The notes under the pieces are model-generated. The model saw only the letters and a program-made list of their open reading frames with translations, was not told the origin of the DNA and searched no databases. A stretch of 64,000 nucleotides of DNA from contig JAADVB010000017.1 of NCBI GenBank assembly GCA_023334545.1, positions 1 to 64,000 on the forward strand. The letters run 5' to 3'. Source of the DNA: Salisapilia sapeloensis CBS 127946. Its lineage: Eukaryota > Protista > Oomycota. Position 1 is the first letter of the stretch. The number at the start of each line of letters is the position of its first letter. A program made the translations under genes and the position numbers. This document shows positions 45,401-57,324 of this stretch, piece after piece.

Positions 45401-47814
45401 GATGCTAGATTGGACAAAGTGAGAAGACAATCTAGCCAAGTCAAGTAGAGCGCGAGCTTGGATCTAGTTAAGTCTACTTTCAGCTGGAGCACCTGAACTA
45501 GCAATGCAGGCACTTGAACGTCGTATAGTACGTCCAGGTTGCTCTCTCGACACGAAAGATGATAAAAGAAGTTAACACAGACACCGCAAAGCTCTGCATT
45601 TGCCATATTTTTCGATGCAAAGGATTGCATGCAAGATATCGCTCCTTCGCCACTCGCAGTCGTTACCGTGGCTAACTTTGTGCTCATCTCGACGTCTTTC
45701 GCCAAGTTCAGCATGGCATACACACATGCTCGCTGGGTTTCCGGTGCATCACTCGTTTGGATTTGCGAAATAAAAGTCGGGACAACGCCTTCATCAACAA
45801 GGCGAGTAAAGTTCTTTGGGTGAAGTATGAGGTTGCTCAAAGTGGTGACACAATCCAGCTTGAGCATTAAATCTTCCTCGCTTTGACGAGTAGAGTCTTG
45901 GAGTATCTCAATGAACATCGCTACAGCATCGTGCTCCACAATAACAGGACGACAGTCATTCTCCATGGCAAGATTGGCCAGTGCAATGATACAGTTTTTC
46001 TCTGTGTCTATAACTACTTTCGCTTTAGTCTCCTCTTTCAAGTCCTGTAGCGTATGTAAAAGTTTTGGTACGAAGCCAGCTTGCTGCATCTTGATCTTGA
46101 GTTTCTTGTTACAGCAAAGCATAGATATAATACTTGTACAGTTTCTCCTGATATCGTAAAGTAAATTTTTATGACTATCACTGCGGTCGCCACAATTTCC
46201 ATCTTCCCCATTGTCCTCCGACGCTAGATAGCTTTCTTCATTGCTTTCGGTGGACTCACACACACGATTCAAATTCGTCAATGCAGCGTCAAAGATGTTG
46301 GATAAGACCTGGATTCCTCCCTTCTTCACGAGTGACGCTTGGTTCGTCTTAAAAGATGACAAGTTAGATAGAGCACAGGTAATCATCTCATAAAGTTTCA
46401 AGTCTTTGTACGATGTCAAGATTTCCATTGCGTCAATCGCTCCTTCTTCGACGAGAATGGAGCGTGTGGTTGGAAGCATAGACAAATTAACCAGCACCTG
46501 AGCTAGGCGCACGATCATGTCATAGTTATGCATCCCAGCTTCTCGCATAAGGAGTATAAGCATAGATAAAATCGAGTCGCAAGCAATTGCACGCGGGATA
46601 CTTGCAAGGTTCACTAAAGCCGAAAGACACATTTCTCTGGTTTCCATCAAGTCCATCGTGGACATCAGCATGGACAAAACAACGACACAACCTTCGTGAA
46701 CCATTCGAAAACGATGGGACTCGTCAATCGTAAGCCGAAGGAGTGTTCGAGCACAAAGCGACTTGACTGTGATGTTCAAGGTATGTGAGAGTTCGATAAG
46801 AGCACTGAATGCTCCATCGTCAATCAATTTGTTGAACAGCTCTTTCAAGCCTGGAGCAACGATAATCGACTCTTCCGTAGTAGTACCATGCGTGGGCAAT
46901 GTGAAAGCTGGTGTGACCGCTGTGAGGTTTGCTATCGTCGCAGCGGCAAAGACGCGAAGGATCGTATCGTCCGTCTTTAGTATATTCAAAATGGTCATCA
47001 TAGCACCCTCCCGGAGAATTTGCATTTCATACCCTCGTCGACATGACAAATTGTACAGCCCTTCAAGGCACTTGAGTTTCATTTCTTTCGTCAAGACCGT
47101 CGTATTCGGATGAATGTACATTGGTTCGACAAACTGAGAAAAGAAAGAAGCTGGAGCTGCTTGCTTTTTAGTCTCGTTCGCTTCTGACTTTCCGATTAAA
47201 TGACTAAGAGGAGTCGGGACTGCAGAAGATGTAGTTAACAGGTCCGAGCACGGATTCCGTTCTTCCGTTCTAAACTTGTGCTGGTCAATGCGAGAGAGGT
47301 AGATAAGTCCTTCATCATAATGCCCTTTTGTATAGAACAGATCACCACACCACTTCTTAATTGGAGAAGGCGATCCATCCTTATGCGTGCTTTCATCTAA
47401 ATCTTTCGTTTCCTGACCATTTGCGCCCGGTGATAGCATCCGAGCATAATCCGGTTGAGCTTTTCCAGCATCCTTTGTTTTTCCTACTCCCATTTTGTTC
47501 CGAAACTTTTCTTGCGCTTCTTGTCGTCGCTTCTTGTTAGCAGACTCGTTTTTGATATGCTGCAACAACGCTCGGACTAGATCATCTTTCTCCGGGTGAT
47601 CTCTCCAGAAACCTCGCTGCCGATGAAGCTTCCAGTGTTTGACGAGCTCTTTTAGCTCTTCCACACGTATTGGCGAGTTGTATGGATCACGGTTGCGTGG
47701 GAAGATGTCATACTTGATCATGTAAACACGCAAACCATCAATTTCTTGATCTCGCCGAAGCGCAGCTAATCGCTGTTCCATATTCACCGCGCATTTCGGG
47801 GGACTCAGCGTCAT
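42403..47814 (-). CDS. Large armadillo-repeat protein (1803 aa)
   Basis: Uninterrupted ORF with many ARM-like units (ALSNLS, ALYNLS, ALCNLA, LANIS). Confidence 0.88.
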   Translation of the reverse strand: MTLSPPKCAVNMEQRLAALRRDQEIDGLRVYMIKYDIFPRNRDPYNSPIRVEELKELVKHWKLHRQRGFWRDHPEKDDLVRALLQHIKNESANKKRRQEAQEKFRNKMGVGKTKDAGKAQPDYARMLSPGANGQETKDLDESTHKDGSPSPIKKWCGDLFYTKGHYDEGLIYLSRIDQHKFRTEERNPCSDLLTTSSAVPTPLSHLIGKSEANETKKQAAPASFFSQFVEPMYIHPNTTVLTKEMKLKCLEGLYNLSCRRGYEMQILREGAMMTILNILKTDDTILRVFAAATIANLTAVTPAFTLPTHGTTTEESIIVAPGLKELFNKLIDDGAFSALIELSHTLNITVKSLCARTLLRLTIDESHRFRMVHEGCVVVLSMLMSTMDLMETREMCLSALVNLASIPRAIACDSILSMLILLMREAGMHNYDMIVRLAQVLVNLSMLPTTRSILVEEGAIDAMEILTSYKDLKLYEMITCALSNLSSFKTNQASLVKKGGIQVLSNIFDAALTNLNRVCESTESNEESYLASEDNGEDGNCGDRSDSHKNLLYDIRRNCTSIISMLCCNKKLKIKMQQAGFVPKLLHTLQDLKEETKAKVVIDTEKNCIIALANLAMENDCRPVIVEHDAVAMFIEILQDSTRQSEEDLMLKLDCVTTLSNLILHPKNFTRLVDEGVVPTFISQIQTSDAPETQRACVYAMLNLAKDVEMSTKLATVTTASGEGAISCMQSFASKNMANAELCGVCVNFFYHLSCRESNLDVLYDVQVPALLVQVLQLKVDLTRSKLALYLTWLDCLLTLSNLASATEQRMILIKGDILRALERLLNVLVPDGRPIGDHQTITTIVKAQFTIAQLLFKLQKNIYACKNEERALVQPPFVASLLHLTTQAALRNSHFDSTCCDIQQKTALWCALTAARMTLIRPGLNLLAVDTEIPPALNLVMRTGLHEAQICAAVALCNLATYRGDLRLRPWKNATIDDFVVITLLRINSDCTKAICARALFNLLCHNDTRDQMVKDGVLYALIKLARLANEEVRDLSLRAIYNISIDEKRAMQLLDLEIVRILGKMYQPDFNRNIKRILAATLCNLTGVPEKLYHRKIVDEGMASIIKQVIRSRDPETRVFAANALYNLSCVQEVIDPLIRDEANAIVLLLAEIKAENKEVRRLAALSLANISGNLSAVKMMTELESTSVISVLNDSMKKTMASCFETTGACVLVLRNLFNIEENQIRLVQCQGVKTLASVLASSELQAETNTLSYAMDMLCTLANMETTDRDVQTQLVRDGIVKALAMITKGIMEHGNEALSDHQGGGMRMSIVTALSNLSTNASCHEMMVRDGALEIVALLAKTNTSDPRTQYKGVVAVKGETFIYHCAVLLRNLSVQKIGSLDPSRYDSTSLTVFTAEPTAAPDNSNEVKNERLASNPNAVQLLLAMSQSSVPETREHIIMALHSFATIKRCRYQIIRNDGVKIILKLGQAAASALKRHVCALTLQSLAQQDSSDDPYVTKILQEGLVSAIGMLGDTHVPHEVLVNAEKSLMAIVSPNLNPAQDASAPRSSLKEENEEICLKIAGHQMIVPRSAGPDWEKVVITSMDEWPEVDALANGEVVTTFNMTSLEVAEPVDNLQDLMITKGTDSTLEKGQRSHWKRKAKKEGSGDIPAAFESSVSAPRHCDMDSVLGTFQTLVDLDWTKVQVDIEAELASRRPTTAESSKQDELPRLRPGTSPEDASHANTDSQADISRSSSLASVRQNPSLATSNSSVSISNDGRELTPSSLTPKRKSRMLAPLQSPPKDVQTDIQARLPSPL

Positions 47815-48357
47815 CGTGAATGGCAGTGCTTGTAGAGTCTTATGACTTGCTTTTGGTAGACTGAACGTGCCAGAATGAGTGAACCATGCTACTCATGAAG
47901 CTATAAATAGGCTAGAGATAAACTAAAGTACTTGTGGACTAGAGTATATTGGTATTGAGTCAAAGATACCACTCGACTAGATTCGTATTGTTTCCATGCA
48001 CAAGTAGTTACCTCAATTCGTTGACACTAGGACCTGAAGGATGAAAACCAGTAGATTGATTATTCTATGCTAATGGATAAGCACTGCATCTCTCAAAGCA
48101 TGATCTAAATGGATACATCCATCTATGCAGACTTATCGGCTCCAAACACAACGCAACTCGATATGATAACTAGACACATCTCATCTAGGTGGTTGCAATA
48201 TAGACCTCCATTTTAGTACGCAATGCTTCCAATAACGATAACCATCTGCAATATCCGAGCTCTAGCCACCTTCTATTCCTACTTTCCGTCTTAACTACTT
48301 GCAAATCCAAACACGATCCTAGTAACTTTTTCCGTTCATATTTCGACATTCGCCTCG

Positions 48358-51300
48358 TCAAATGCTCGATCCTGTGGATGCAACGCCACTGTCTACAATA
48401 TAGAAGATCTTTTCTGCCATCCTGTACTTGCGTTCATCCCCATCGTCGTACGAAACATGATGCTCGTATGTGCTTTCATCGAACCGCGTCACCAGACCTT
48501 CGTAATAATTTTCCTTTGCCCACTTGACGCGCACACGCTTATTCACGAGTTGCATCGGGTTGTCATCACTATCGTAGAACATATCGACTTCACTTTCTCC
48601 ATCCAGAACATTGCGGAGTCTCGGTAACAGCTTCGACATGGATCTACTCACGGAGCGCACGACACTTTCAGTCGATGCATTTACATTTGCCCATGACGAC
48701 GTACTGTTTGGTTTCACCAGCACCGTCTTCTTCCGTTGGAGCAATCCATCCGGCGCCTGATGACCTTCCATCCACTGAATCATCCAAGAGCATTGGGACA
48801 AGTGACTTTGCATCCACTTGCGGACACCACTATGTCGTTTCGCGAGCCTCGTGAGCATATCTATCGACACTTCCGTCGCTTTGTAATATCGTTGTTGGGA
48901 TCCCATGATCCGCAACACCTCTTTCAACGCTTCACTCACACGCCAAGGAGCAAGCGAGTCTTTGATTTTAAACAAAGCGTTTAGTGTACGAAAGTATGGC
49001 TTGAGATCATAATGATCTTCGACTTCAATGCCAGAAAAGATCTTTTCGAAAAACGCCAACGTCAGTCGCTGGCTTTCCCAACACAAGTGGTACACGAGCT
49101 GTTGTAGTGGCTTCGTCTCCTTATTATATCTCTCCGCACGTTGCGTCAGGATCATGACGAAGCGGTCGTTTAATAGCATCGATCGATCGACTTCTGTCAA
49201 TTCAGCTGGATCATGGGCGATACGAGGAGGAAGATGAGTGTCCTTTGAGTCCATCGCCGGTGGCTTAGCCAGACGTACGAGCATGGACAGTAGCCGCAGG
49301 ATAGTTGGGTCCAAGTCGATGCTCTTCAGAAGCTGCTGATCTTTATGCTTCTTCATCTGAGCTTGGAGAAGAGGATGGCTACTACCTTTTCCTGTCGCGA
49401 GCGCTGCGATTGCACCCACGACACTGTGTCCTACGAGGAAGATGCTTTCGTTTCTACCTGCATGTGCAAACTGGTACAACAAAAAGAAGAACTCCTTGTG
49501 CTGCTTAACAGGCACACGTAGGACCGCTGGCATGACTTGAACAATCGCAAGAACGAACTCAAACGACGCCGGGACATGATGTGGGTCGCGCTTCGTTTCC
49601 TCCGGTGGACCATACATCGATGACTGGTTCTCATACTCAAACGAAGACACAGATAGCAGAGCCACGGACAACACGTCTGCTGTGAGTTCACGCACTTGAC
49701 TGTTCTCACTCATGATGAGCAAGTCCAGTAAGAGCGATTCTTCTCGTTGCAACGTCGATAAAGCCCATATGCATCCATCCACTTCGTCTTGCACGAGTTG
49801 CTTCAGCAGTGGTTTCCACTCAACCATTTGCTCTACATTTCCAGTCTGCCACAACGTTCCAAACACAAACTTTATCGCTACTTGCAGCGCTTCATACCTC
49901 ACTTCAATCGGTTCAAACTGTACTGTGCCGCTCTTACCGATACTGATCGAGTGAGGCGAATGGAGACAAGAATGGAGAAGGTCATATGTGAACTGGAGGT
50001 TACGCGCATTGTACAAGTACTTTTTACGCCAAAAGACACGATTTTCACGTGCAATTTGGTCTCGAATGCCTTCTGGTGCAAGCGTCTGTAGACGTAGTTT
50101 CCTTAATCTCTCTTGTGCCTTCCTCTTCAATCGGATGCAACAGAGGAGAGCTAAAGCACTCGAGTACATCTTGAGATTCTTGGTTGATGGTGATTTCGAC
50201 AAGTGGAGCTTGGGCTGCTTTCGAGAGTAAAAGAGAAGGAAACTACTACGCGTTTTCATGCGCGGTGCTTGTCCTGGTGCAGGCTGGACACTCGATCTCC
50301 CACCGAAACATTCCTCTGGGATACGACGTGAATCGAACGGAGCGACAACTGTGTCATTGAACTCAAACCAGTTGGACGTATTGTCCTCTCGAAGGAAACT
50401 ATAGTAGTGCCCAGAGTTGGCTGAACCCATGTGCACGACTGTACCTTTTAGTTCGTATTGCGAGTACTCTGGCGCTGTCGTCCTTGATGTAGTTGACTCC
50501 CATTCCGGATGATTCGAATCGGAGATACTGCTACTACGACGTTGCTCTTGTTGACCTTCCTTTGTATACGCATACATGTCCAAGTCCATCGGGAACTCGA
50601 ATCTATCATGCAGTTTGATCTGTTGCCACCTTTCCAAGTCATATTCAAAGCGCTTCAGGTGAATGATAAGGTACTCTGGTAACTTGGCAATGGAAATCCG
50701 CTTCTGCGTATCCAACGTCTTCTTCTCTTCTTCATCATCTGACGCATCCCACGTGTAACTCACCATATCTCCCTTTGCCCATGTCGTCAAAGACTCTTGC
50801 AACGTCCCTTGGTCACGCACTGGCACAGAGATGAAGTGGAAAGGCTCTAGTCGTTCACTATACTTGCCTCCATCTGCCACGAGTTCATTACTAAAGACAC
50901 CACCAAAGTACGTGTTCAAGAGGTTCTCATCATCAAGTGACTGGGCACTCGCACCATTCATCTCCGACTCGAGTTGTTGGAAGAACTCCGTTAAGAACTC
51001 ACTCGCATCTTTCTGTTCATTCACATCAATCTGACCGCCATCGCTCGTGACAGTCGCGCTGATAAGAGCACGAGGGTTATAGTAAGGTTTCGCAGACCCT
51101 TCCAAGTGTGCAAAGAGCGACTGGAGTTCGTACAAGGCACTAGGTCGATCTTTCCCACCATTCGCAACTGTCTGGCTGCGTAGGATATGCCGACGGAAAC
51201 GTGGGATCATGAAGAAAGCTTGGATGGTCGAGTTTAAGTAGCACGTGCACCCAAGGTTCTTCAGACCAACGTACTTGCCTCGCTCAGCTGTCTGTCGTGA

Positions 51301-54300
51301 ACTCGACAGCTCTTTACCGCTCGATGACTTGCGTGTGAGTGTCGCAGTGGATGACGCGCGTGTGATCTCTGGCAAAGGTGTTAATGAGTGCTGATGTGCC
51401 ATCTGGATGAACAAGTAGCGCAAGCCCGAGATGTTATCGGTCGTGAGCTCCAGTAAAAGCTGGAAAGCGACTTCCCGAGACGCTTCACTGCGGCATTTAG
51501 GCTGTTGCAAGTAGAATTGAGAGGACGCAGATGGCCATTGAGACGTCTCTTGGTCGCTTTCTTTCCTCTCAGCTTCAGGCGTCGCGAAGAGACAGTAGTG
51601 GAAGAGCTCTTCGAAAATCCCTTCGTCTTCATGAAGACATGTCGCTACGTGCTCCCTTAATCCGTGTCGATTATCTGCTGCTAATATTGGAGGTATGGCT
51701 TGAACTAACGCAAGAAGTGTTTCTAGTAGTATCTTTAACAAGGCATCTCGGAGCTCTCGTCTCATGGACGAATTGGAGCTCTTCGAGTGGTCTACGCTCG
51801 CTTCTTCCGCTGGTTCAAAGCTCTTGATACGACGACAGAGGATACGACATGCAGATATAAAATCAAACGCTTCTAACGTCTCGACTGTCCCGATGAGTTG
51901 CTTGTACGTCGAGTAGAACTCTTTGCTCTGAACGTCATCGTCGAAGGCACTGAGCATCGTGAGGAAGAGAGAGCAACAGCGTTGTCGATCTTCTTCCATA
52001 TTCACTCGACTGCAGAGAGAGAGGATGAGATAAGACGTTTCTCGACGTACGGCAGTATACTCGTAGTCCACAAGACACTTGGTCAGTACTTTTTGGTAGG
52101 AAGGATGGCTTTCTAAAAGTGACGGTGATGGATGTGCTGATGATATGAGACATGTCGATAGCAAGGAGAGTGCTCTGGACATCAAGTGACTCCAACTCGG
52201 TTGCTCACTACTGCTACTCGGGTCCTCGATACTAGCTCGAGCGTACCAAAGCGGTCGTTGTCGGACTTTTGCAGCACTTTCATCCGACTCGGTGTCGACA
52301 ATCTCTTGACTGTCACGTTCTGTTTGGAGACTAGACAACAACTCGATGATTTGCTTGACAAGTGTCCCGACATCATCGTTAGGCTCGAGGTCCTTGACAT
52401 GTTTACGAATGATAGCAAAGTAATTCAAAAGCTTCAAGAGCTTGGTGACGGCCATCATACACAACGCTCCATTGGTCACCATATCCGATGGTTTCCATGC
52501 CATAAAGATACTTTTTAAATGACTTTCACCACCAAGTGTAATGAATGATTCACACCAAGTCGAGGATTGTCCCGTCGGAGCTTCTACCTGATCTAAAGAC
52601 AAGTCATCTAGATGCTCGACGGATACAACAGTCGAGACATTCGTCTCATCCACGCCACCTAAAGCAATTTGTTCTAGCTGTTCCATCTGATACAGCAACT
52701 TACTCGCATGCTCTGAGTCAAGTAACTGCCGCCATTTTACATGATGAGAAGATGCACTTGTGCTCACTCGTCCATCCGACAAGAGCGTTCCATCTAGTGT
52801 TCTTAACGCACTGCCGATGGACTCGACAGGTGGTAAGAGTCTCAGGATCTTCCACGCTTCATCACAAATGTCTGTATCTGTTGCCAAAAGATGCAGTAGT
52901 ACGTGGTGCTCATCTTCTTTCTCACTCACTTCCATCTTCATGGCGTCCCAATCACTTAAGATACTCATACTACTTCCACCCATCCCTGTTTTATCATCTG
53001 GAGATACGTGACCTGCCGTGTCTCCTTCTGGTCTCGACAAGATGACGGCATCTACCTGATGCTTTACCTTGCCACTGTTCACAGGTGACTTGGCAGACGT
53101 CGTCGTACCAAAGACACGAGCCTTTTCCAGTGTAAACTTGCCATGGCCTTGCGCCGTCAGCTTCGTCTTGACTTCGTTAATGAGACGAATGCGATCTCCA
53201 GGATACCCCGTGTCCTTCGCGACGCGTTCACGAAGTTGACTCACGAGTGCCGTGCGTCGGAAGCGATAGCGATACTGCGCGACGTTCGTACTATCGAGCT
53301 TGCGGACGTTCACGACTAGTTCTTCCATGCCACTTCCCGTCGTTCCAGAGTTACTCGAGTGGGAAGTGGATTGGTAGAGAAAAGTGGAAAGTAGGAGAAG
53401 AAGACGTTGTGTAGCAGTCTTCTCGTCGTCTGTAGCAAGTGTCTTATGTCGTTCGATACGTGTGAACCAGTCTTTGACAAAGTCGATCCATACTTCCTTT
53501 CGCACCAGCTTCGATCCGACGTTCATGTGTAGAAAGACAATGTAATCAACGACAGCTTCCGTGACAAAGTCATCTTTTGATGCGAGGAGAATCTCGTACA
53601 ACGTCTCGAGACCTTTTAAATGCATCGACTCGATCACGACGTGTGGTTTTTCATACCGACTATCATTTGCGGATGCATCTCGTAGACTCATGTGTTTCTC
53701 ATATAAATTCACAAGACGAAAGAGATAATCAAAGCAACGGAAAGAGTACTTGCCCATCGTCTTCGGATCGAACGTCACGACGTCACTCTTATGACGTTTC
53801 TGTCCGTCCGTCGTAATGCTCTTGAAGAGATCTGTCACGACATGAAAGCCCATGGCTTTGACACCTGATCGAGATCGCTCAAGCATTACATTTGGATTCG
53901 GCAAGACGTCACATACCCATTGGAAGAAAGCTTCTCGCATGTCATGTGTGACTTTTGGATCACTAAAGCACTTCCAGAGTCTACTTAGATCAGCATAAGA
54001 TAGCTCGAGGTCGGACTGTTTGATGACAAAAGTGATAAAGATGAGTCGATCAAGCATGTCTCGAGGGTTCGATGCGTCTGTACTAGCTTCTACGAACGAT
54101 TCAACGTCGTCCAAAGAAACACCGATGAGATGATGTTTACTATCCAAATCCTTCAGCCATCTCCCAAGCGACATGCTCGCACCCGACGATGAGCTGAAGG
54201 ATGCAGCTCGAGATAGCATCCGGCCTGGTGTCGTGCTATCAAAGCTGTCTCCCACGCGCTCTATCAGTCGCATGGACGGAACGACACAGACATGCTTCTT

Positions 54301-57050
54301 GATATTCTCAATGCACTCTTGGACATAGTGGCTTTGGAGCTGGTCTTGATCATGTGGTGACGACGATCCGTGCCAGAGCTTACGAATGTAGTTGAGACAC
54401 CCTGCTAGTGCTTTCTCCATCTCGACCTTGAGCTCTGGACGCACGGGACTTGCATCCGACTTGTCCATTGTCCCATTCCAAAGCAAACAACAACCCAAGT
54501 TAACGACTTTATTCAATAGCTCGACCTCTTTCTGAGCAGTTGGACTGAGCTTGGAGCTCTTGCCACCTGCAGCAGCACTCACGAGCGACGTGAGCGACCG
54601 TTTGCTCGTTCCGTTCTCAACTGCATCGTACACACCTTTCGCAGCACTACACACGACTCGACGTACGAATTGAATGAGCACGTCGTCGTACTCTAGTACA
54701 GGAACGTTTGTAATGATGTTCATGAGACTATCTACGAGCTCTGGCTGGAGCTTACTACAGAGTGCTGACAAGACAGTCATCACTGCACGCCGATTAGACT
54801 TGAGCTGTCCTTTACTTGCTTTCCAAAGCAGCTGCAAGTGGCGTTGGGTGAAGTAGTCACGAGCAGCGATGAACTCGAGGATGTTACCACATCGTTTCAA
54901 CACTTCCACATGAGCTCCGTCCGGTAAGTCGTACTGTTTGCATATATGTGTATCACCTAGGAGGACTTCAAGCACGTCTGAGTCGACGAGCCAATGGCCG
55001 ATATAGTCACCAGTCAGCCACTTGGCGACAGGTTGTGTCGACGATGGAGAGGTCGACATGGCGAAGGATGCAGCGTGGTTTGTGAGACTTGATGCGAGTG
55101 CTGCTGTAGCACCACGTCTCTTGGATGCTGCAGCTTTCTTCATGACTTCTTCATGACGCTGTCCCATGCCAATCAGATCATTTACACGGGAGATACCGAG
55201 TAATCTTTGCGATAAGAACGGACAACAAATGAGTTTCTTTGCATGATCGAGAGAGAACGTTTCGACGGCTTGAGCAAACGTCCGATCCCAATCTGAGAAC
55301 TCTGTCGCGTCATCGGATGACGTGACATCTACTTCTCCTAACAAGGCACCGTCACGATAGATGTGATCAATGCTACTTATAATAGTTTCAACCGCGCCGT
55401 CTTCATCCTTGAGTTCGTCATTACTGCAGCTTTTTAGACGAGCGAGGACAGCGTCTAGAAATTCTTTGAAAAAAGATTCGAGCTCAGCTGTCGTAGGTGA
55501 AGAAGGAGATGTCTTGCGTTTACTAGACCGCTCTTTCGACTTGCGTCTGGCTTCCGATAGGCATGGCTTGGCCTGATGTAAGAACTCGCAGTAGATGATG
55601 ACTTCTGTCAAGGAAATGGATTCCATTTCCATTCGTGACCGAAGTAGCTTGCACCCTCCAGCTTGGAAGAACAAGTCAACGTTCGAGACGTAGTAAGCGG
55701 ATCGACATGGCTGTCGATCTGATAGAAAAGAAGAGATGACGTCTGTTGTATCTAAGAGAGACGTGTAGACGAGACGCAAGTCGCTACTAGTTGCACTACT
55801 TTGGTACTGTTTGTAAAAGAAAAGAGGAGTCGCCATGCCGTTTAATAGAAGACGGAGGACAGCGAGCAAGTATGATTCACTCGGTCCTGTTGGATCTTGT
55901 GCCTCAGCATCAAACGACAGCATCGATGCAACGACGTTCTTTAGCACATGTGCATGAAAGTCATGTACCTCCTGCGCTATCTCGTTTGACGGTAACTTGT
56001 TCAGCATTGATCGTTCGATGAACGGTACGAGGCGCTGGCTAGCATACATATCTGCCTTGACGCGCTTATCCGAAAAGTACTTTTCAAAACTCCGCTTTGC
56101 TTGTTCAATGTCTGGAGAACCGATACTCCAATGACTTCCTTCCTTCCGCAGCTTCGGGTAGGCTGAAGAGAGGTACATGTTCGTGTGTGTACCTAGCTTG
56201 GCGACACGGCTGGTGCAGCTCGCCTGTGGGATGTCTTCATCTCGATTCGCTCGCCACGTTGACATGCGGACGTGAATGTCTGAAGTCGTGAACGACACGA
56301 TGAGTGCGACGTGCCACATACCAGAGGACAGGTCTCGGACTTCTATCCACGATCCTGGCTTTTGGCTATAGACAGACCACCTGGACGCCGCCATGTCTTC
56401 TCTCGTCAAGCGTTGATAGCACAAGTAGGACACAAGGTTTTCTGTATTTTAGAGCAAGTAAGAGTGAATACGAAGAGGTGGAGGAGAGCATCGAGTATAA
56501 ACGTACTGTCATTTGGTCCATTGGGGACGGAGATCGGGTCCTGTAGATGGCTGTAGCCTTCAGGCATATCATCCAATGTACGTGTCACTTTGATATCTTT
56601 CAGAGGCATGGACATGGAGTTATGGACTGGAGACGACGAAGAATTTGCTTGTGCTTCACCAACTTGATACCAAAGATAGGTACCTTGGCTCTGGTCAATG
56701 CACTTGTCCAATTTCGTCCATTCCGTCACGTCATCATCATTTAAAGTGTGCTTCCCGATCCTGAGATGGGTAATCCCTCGGACACTCAACGTCGTATTTG
56801 AGGACGCAGAGCCACTGCCATTCCTCGTTCGACGACTAGAGGTGGAGGAGACTGGAGATACACTTCGAGCAGAGCCCGTGCTTTGAGATCGCGTCGATCC
56901 ATGCGATGATGAAGTCTTGAACCAAAGGAATGTGCGTGGCGCAATTTCAGCCGCTGTTCCATCCGGCTGCGTGACGCGATGGAAGCCACCTCCAGCAGCC
57001 AACGCATTGCCATACGTGATGTCGATATCGGTGATGACTTCATGCTGCAT
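48358..57050 (-). CDS. Ubiquitin carboxyl-terminal hydrolase, USP9/24/34-like, with an N-terminal MABP-like domain and Tudor-like domains (intron 56442-56506)
   Basis: Cys box GLKNLGCTCYLNSTIQ, QKDASEF and His box VVHMGSANSGHYYSF. The GTACG..CAG intron joins ORF 56406-57050 to the 2691-aa ORF in frame (ND|KNLVSYLCYQR). Confidence 0.9.
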
Positions 57051-57324
57051 CTCGAAAACGACCGCGAGCGCCTTGCGCTTCTTTCACAAGAGTATCGACG
57101 GAGCTTCTTAGGTTAAATGCAAGATCTCGTGTTTTGTATGGGATGTCGAATATGATTCGATTTAGATGATGCATCATCATAACCCTATTTTATGGAGCCA
57201 TGCAAGTACAAGTTAATGTGATCTATTCAAATGGTAGTAGTAAATGGTAATTTTTATGATGAAATATACGTCCTCGTGGTGGTTATTATAGAATACTCGC
57301 AATAAACCGTTATCTCGTTTTCCC

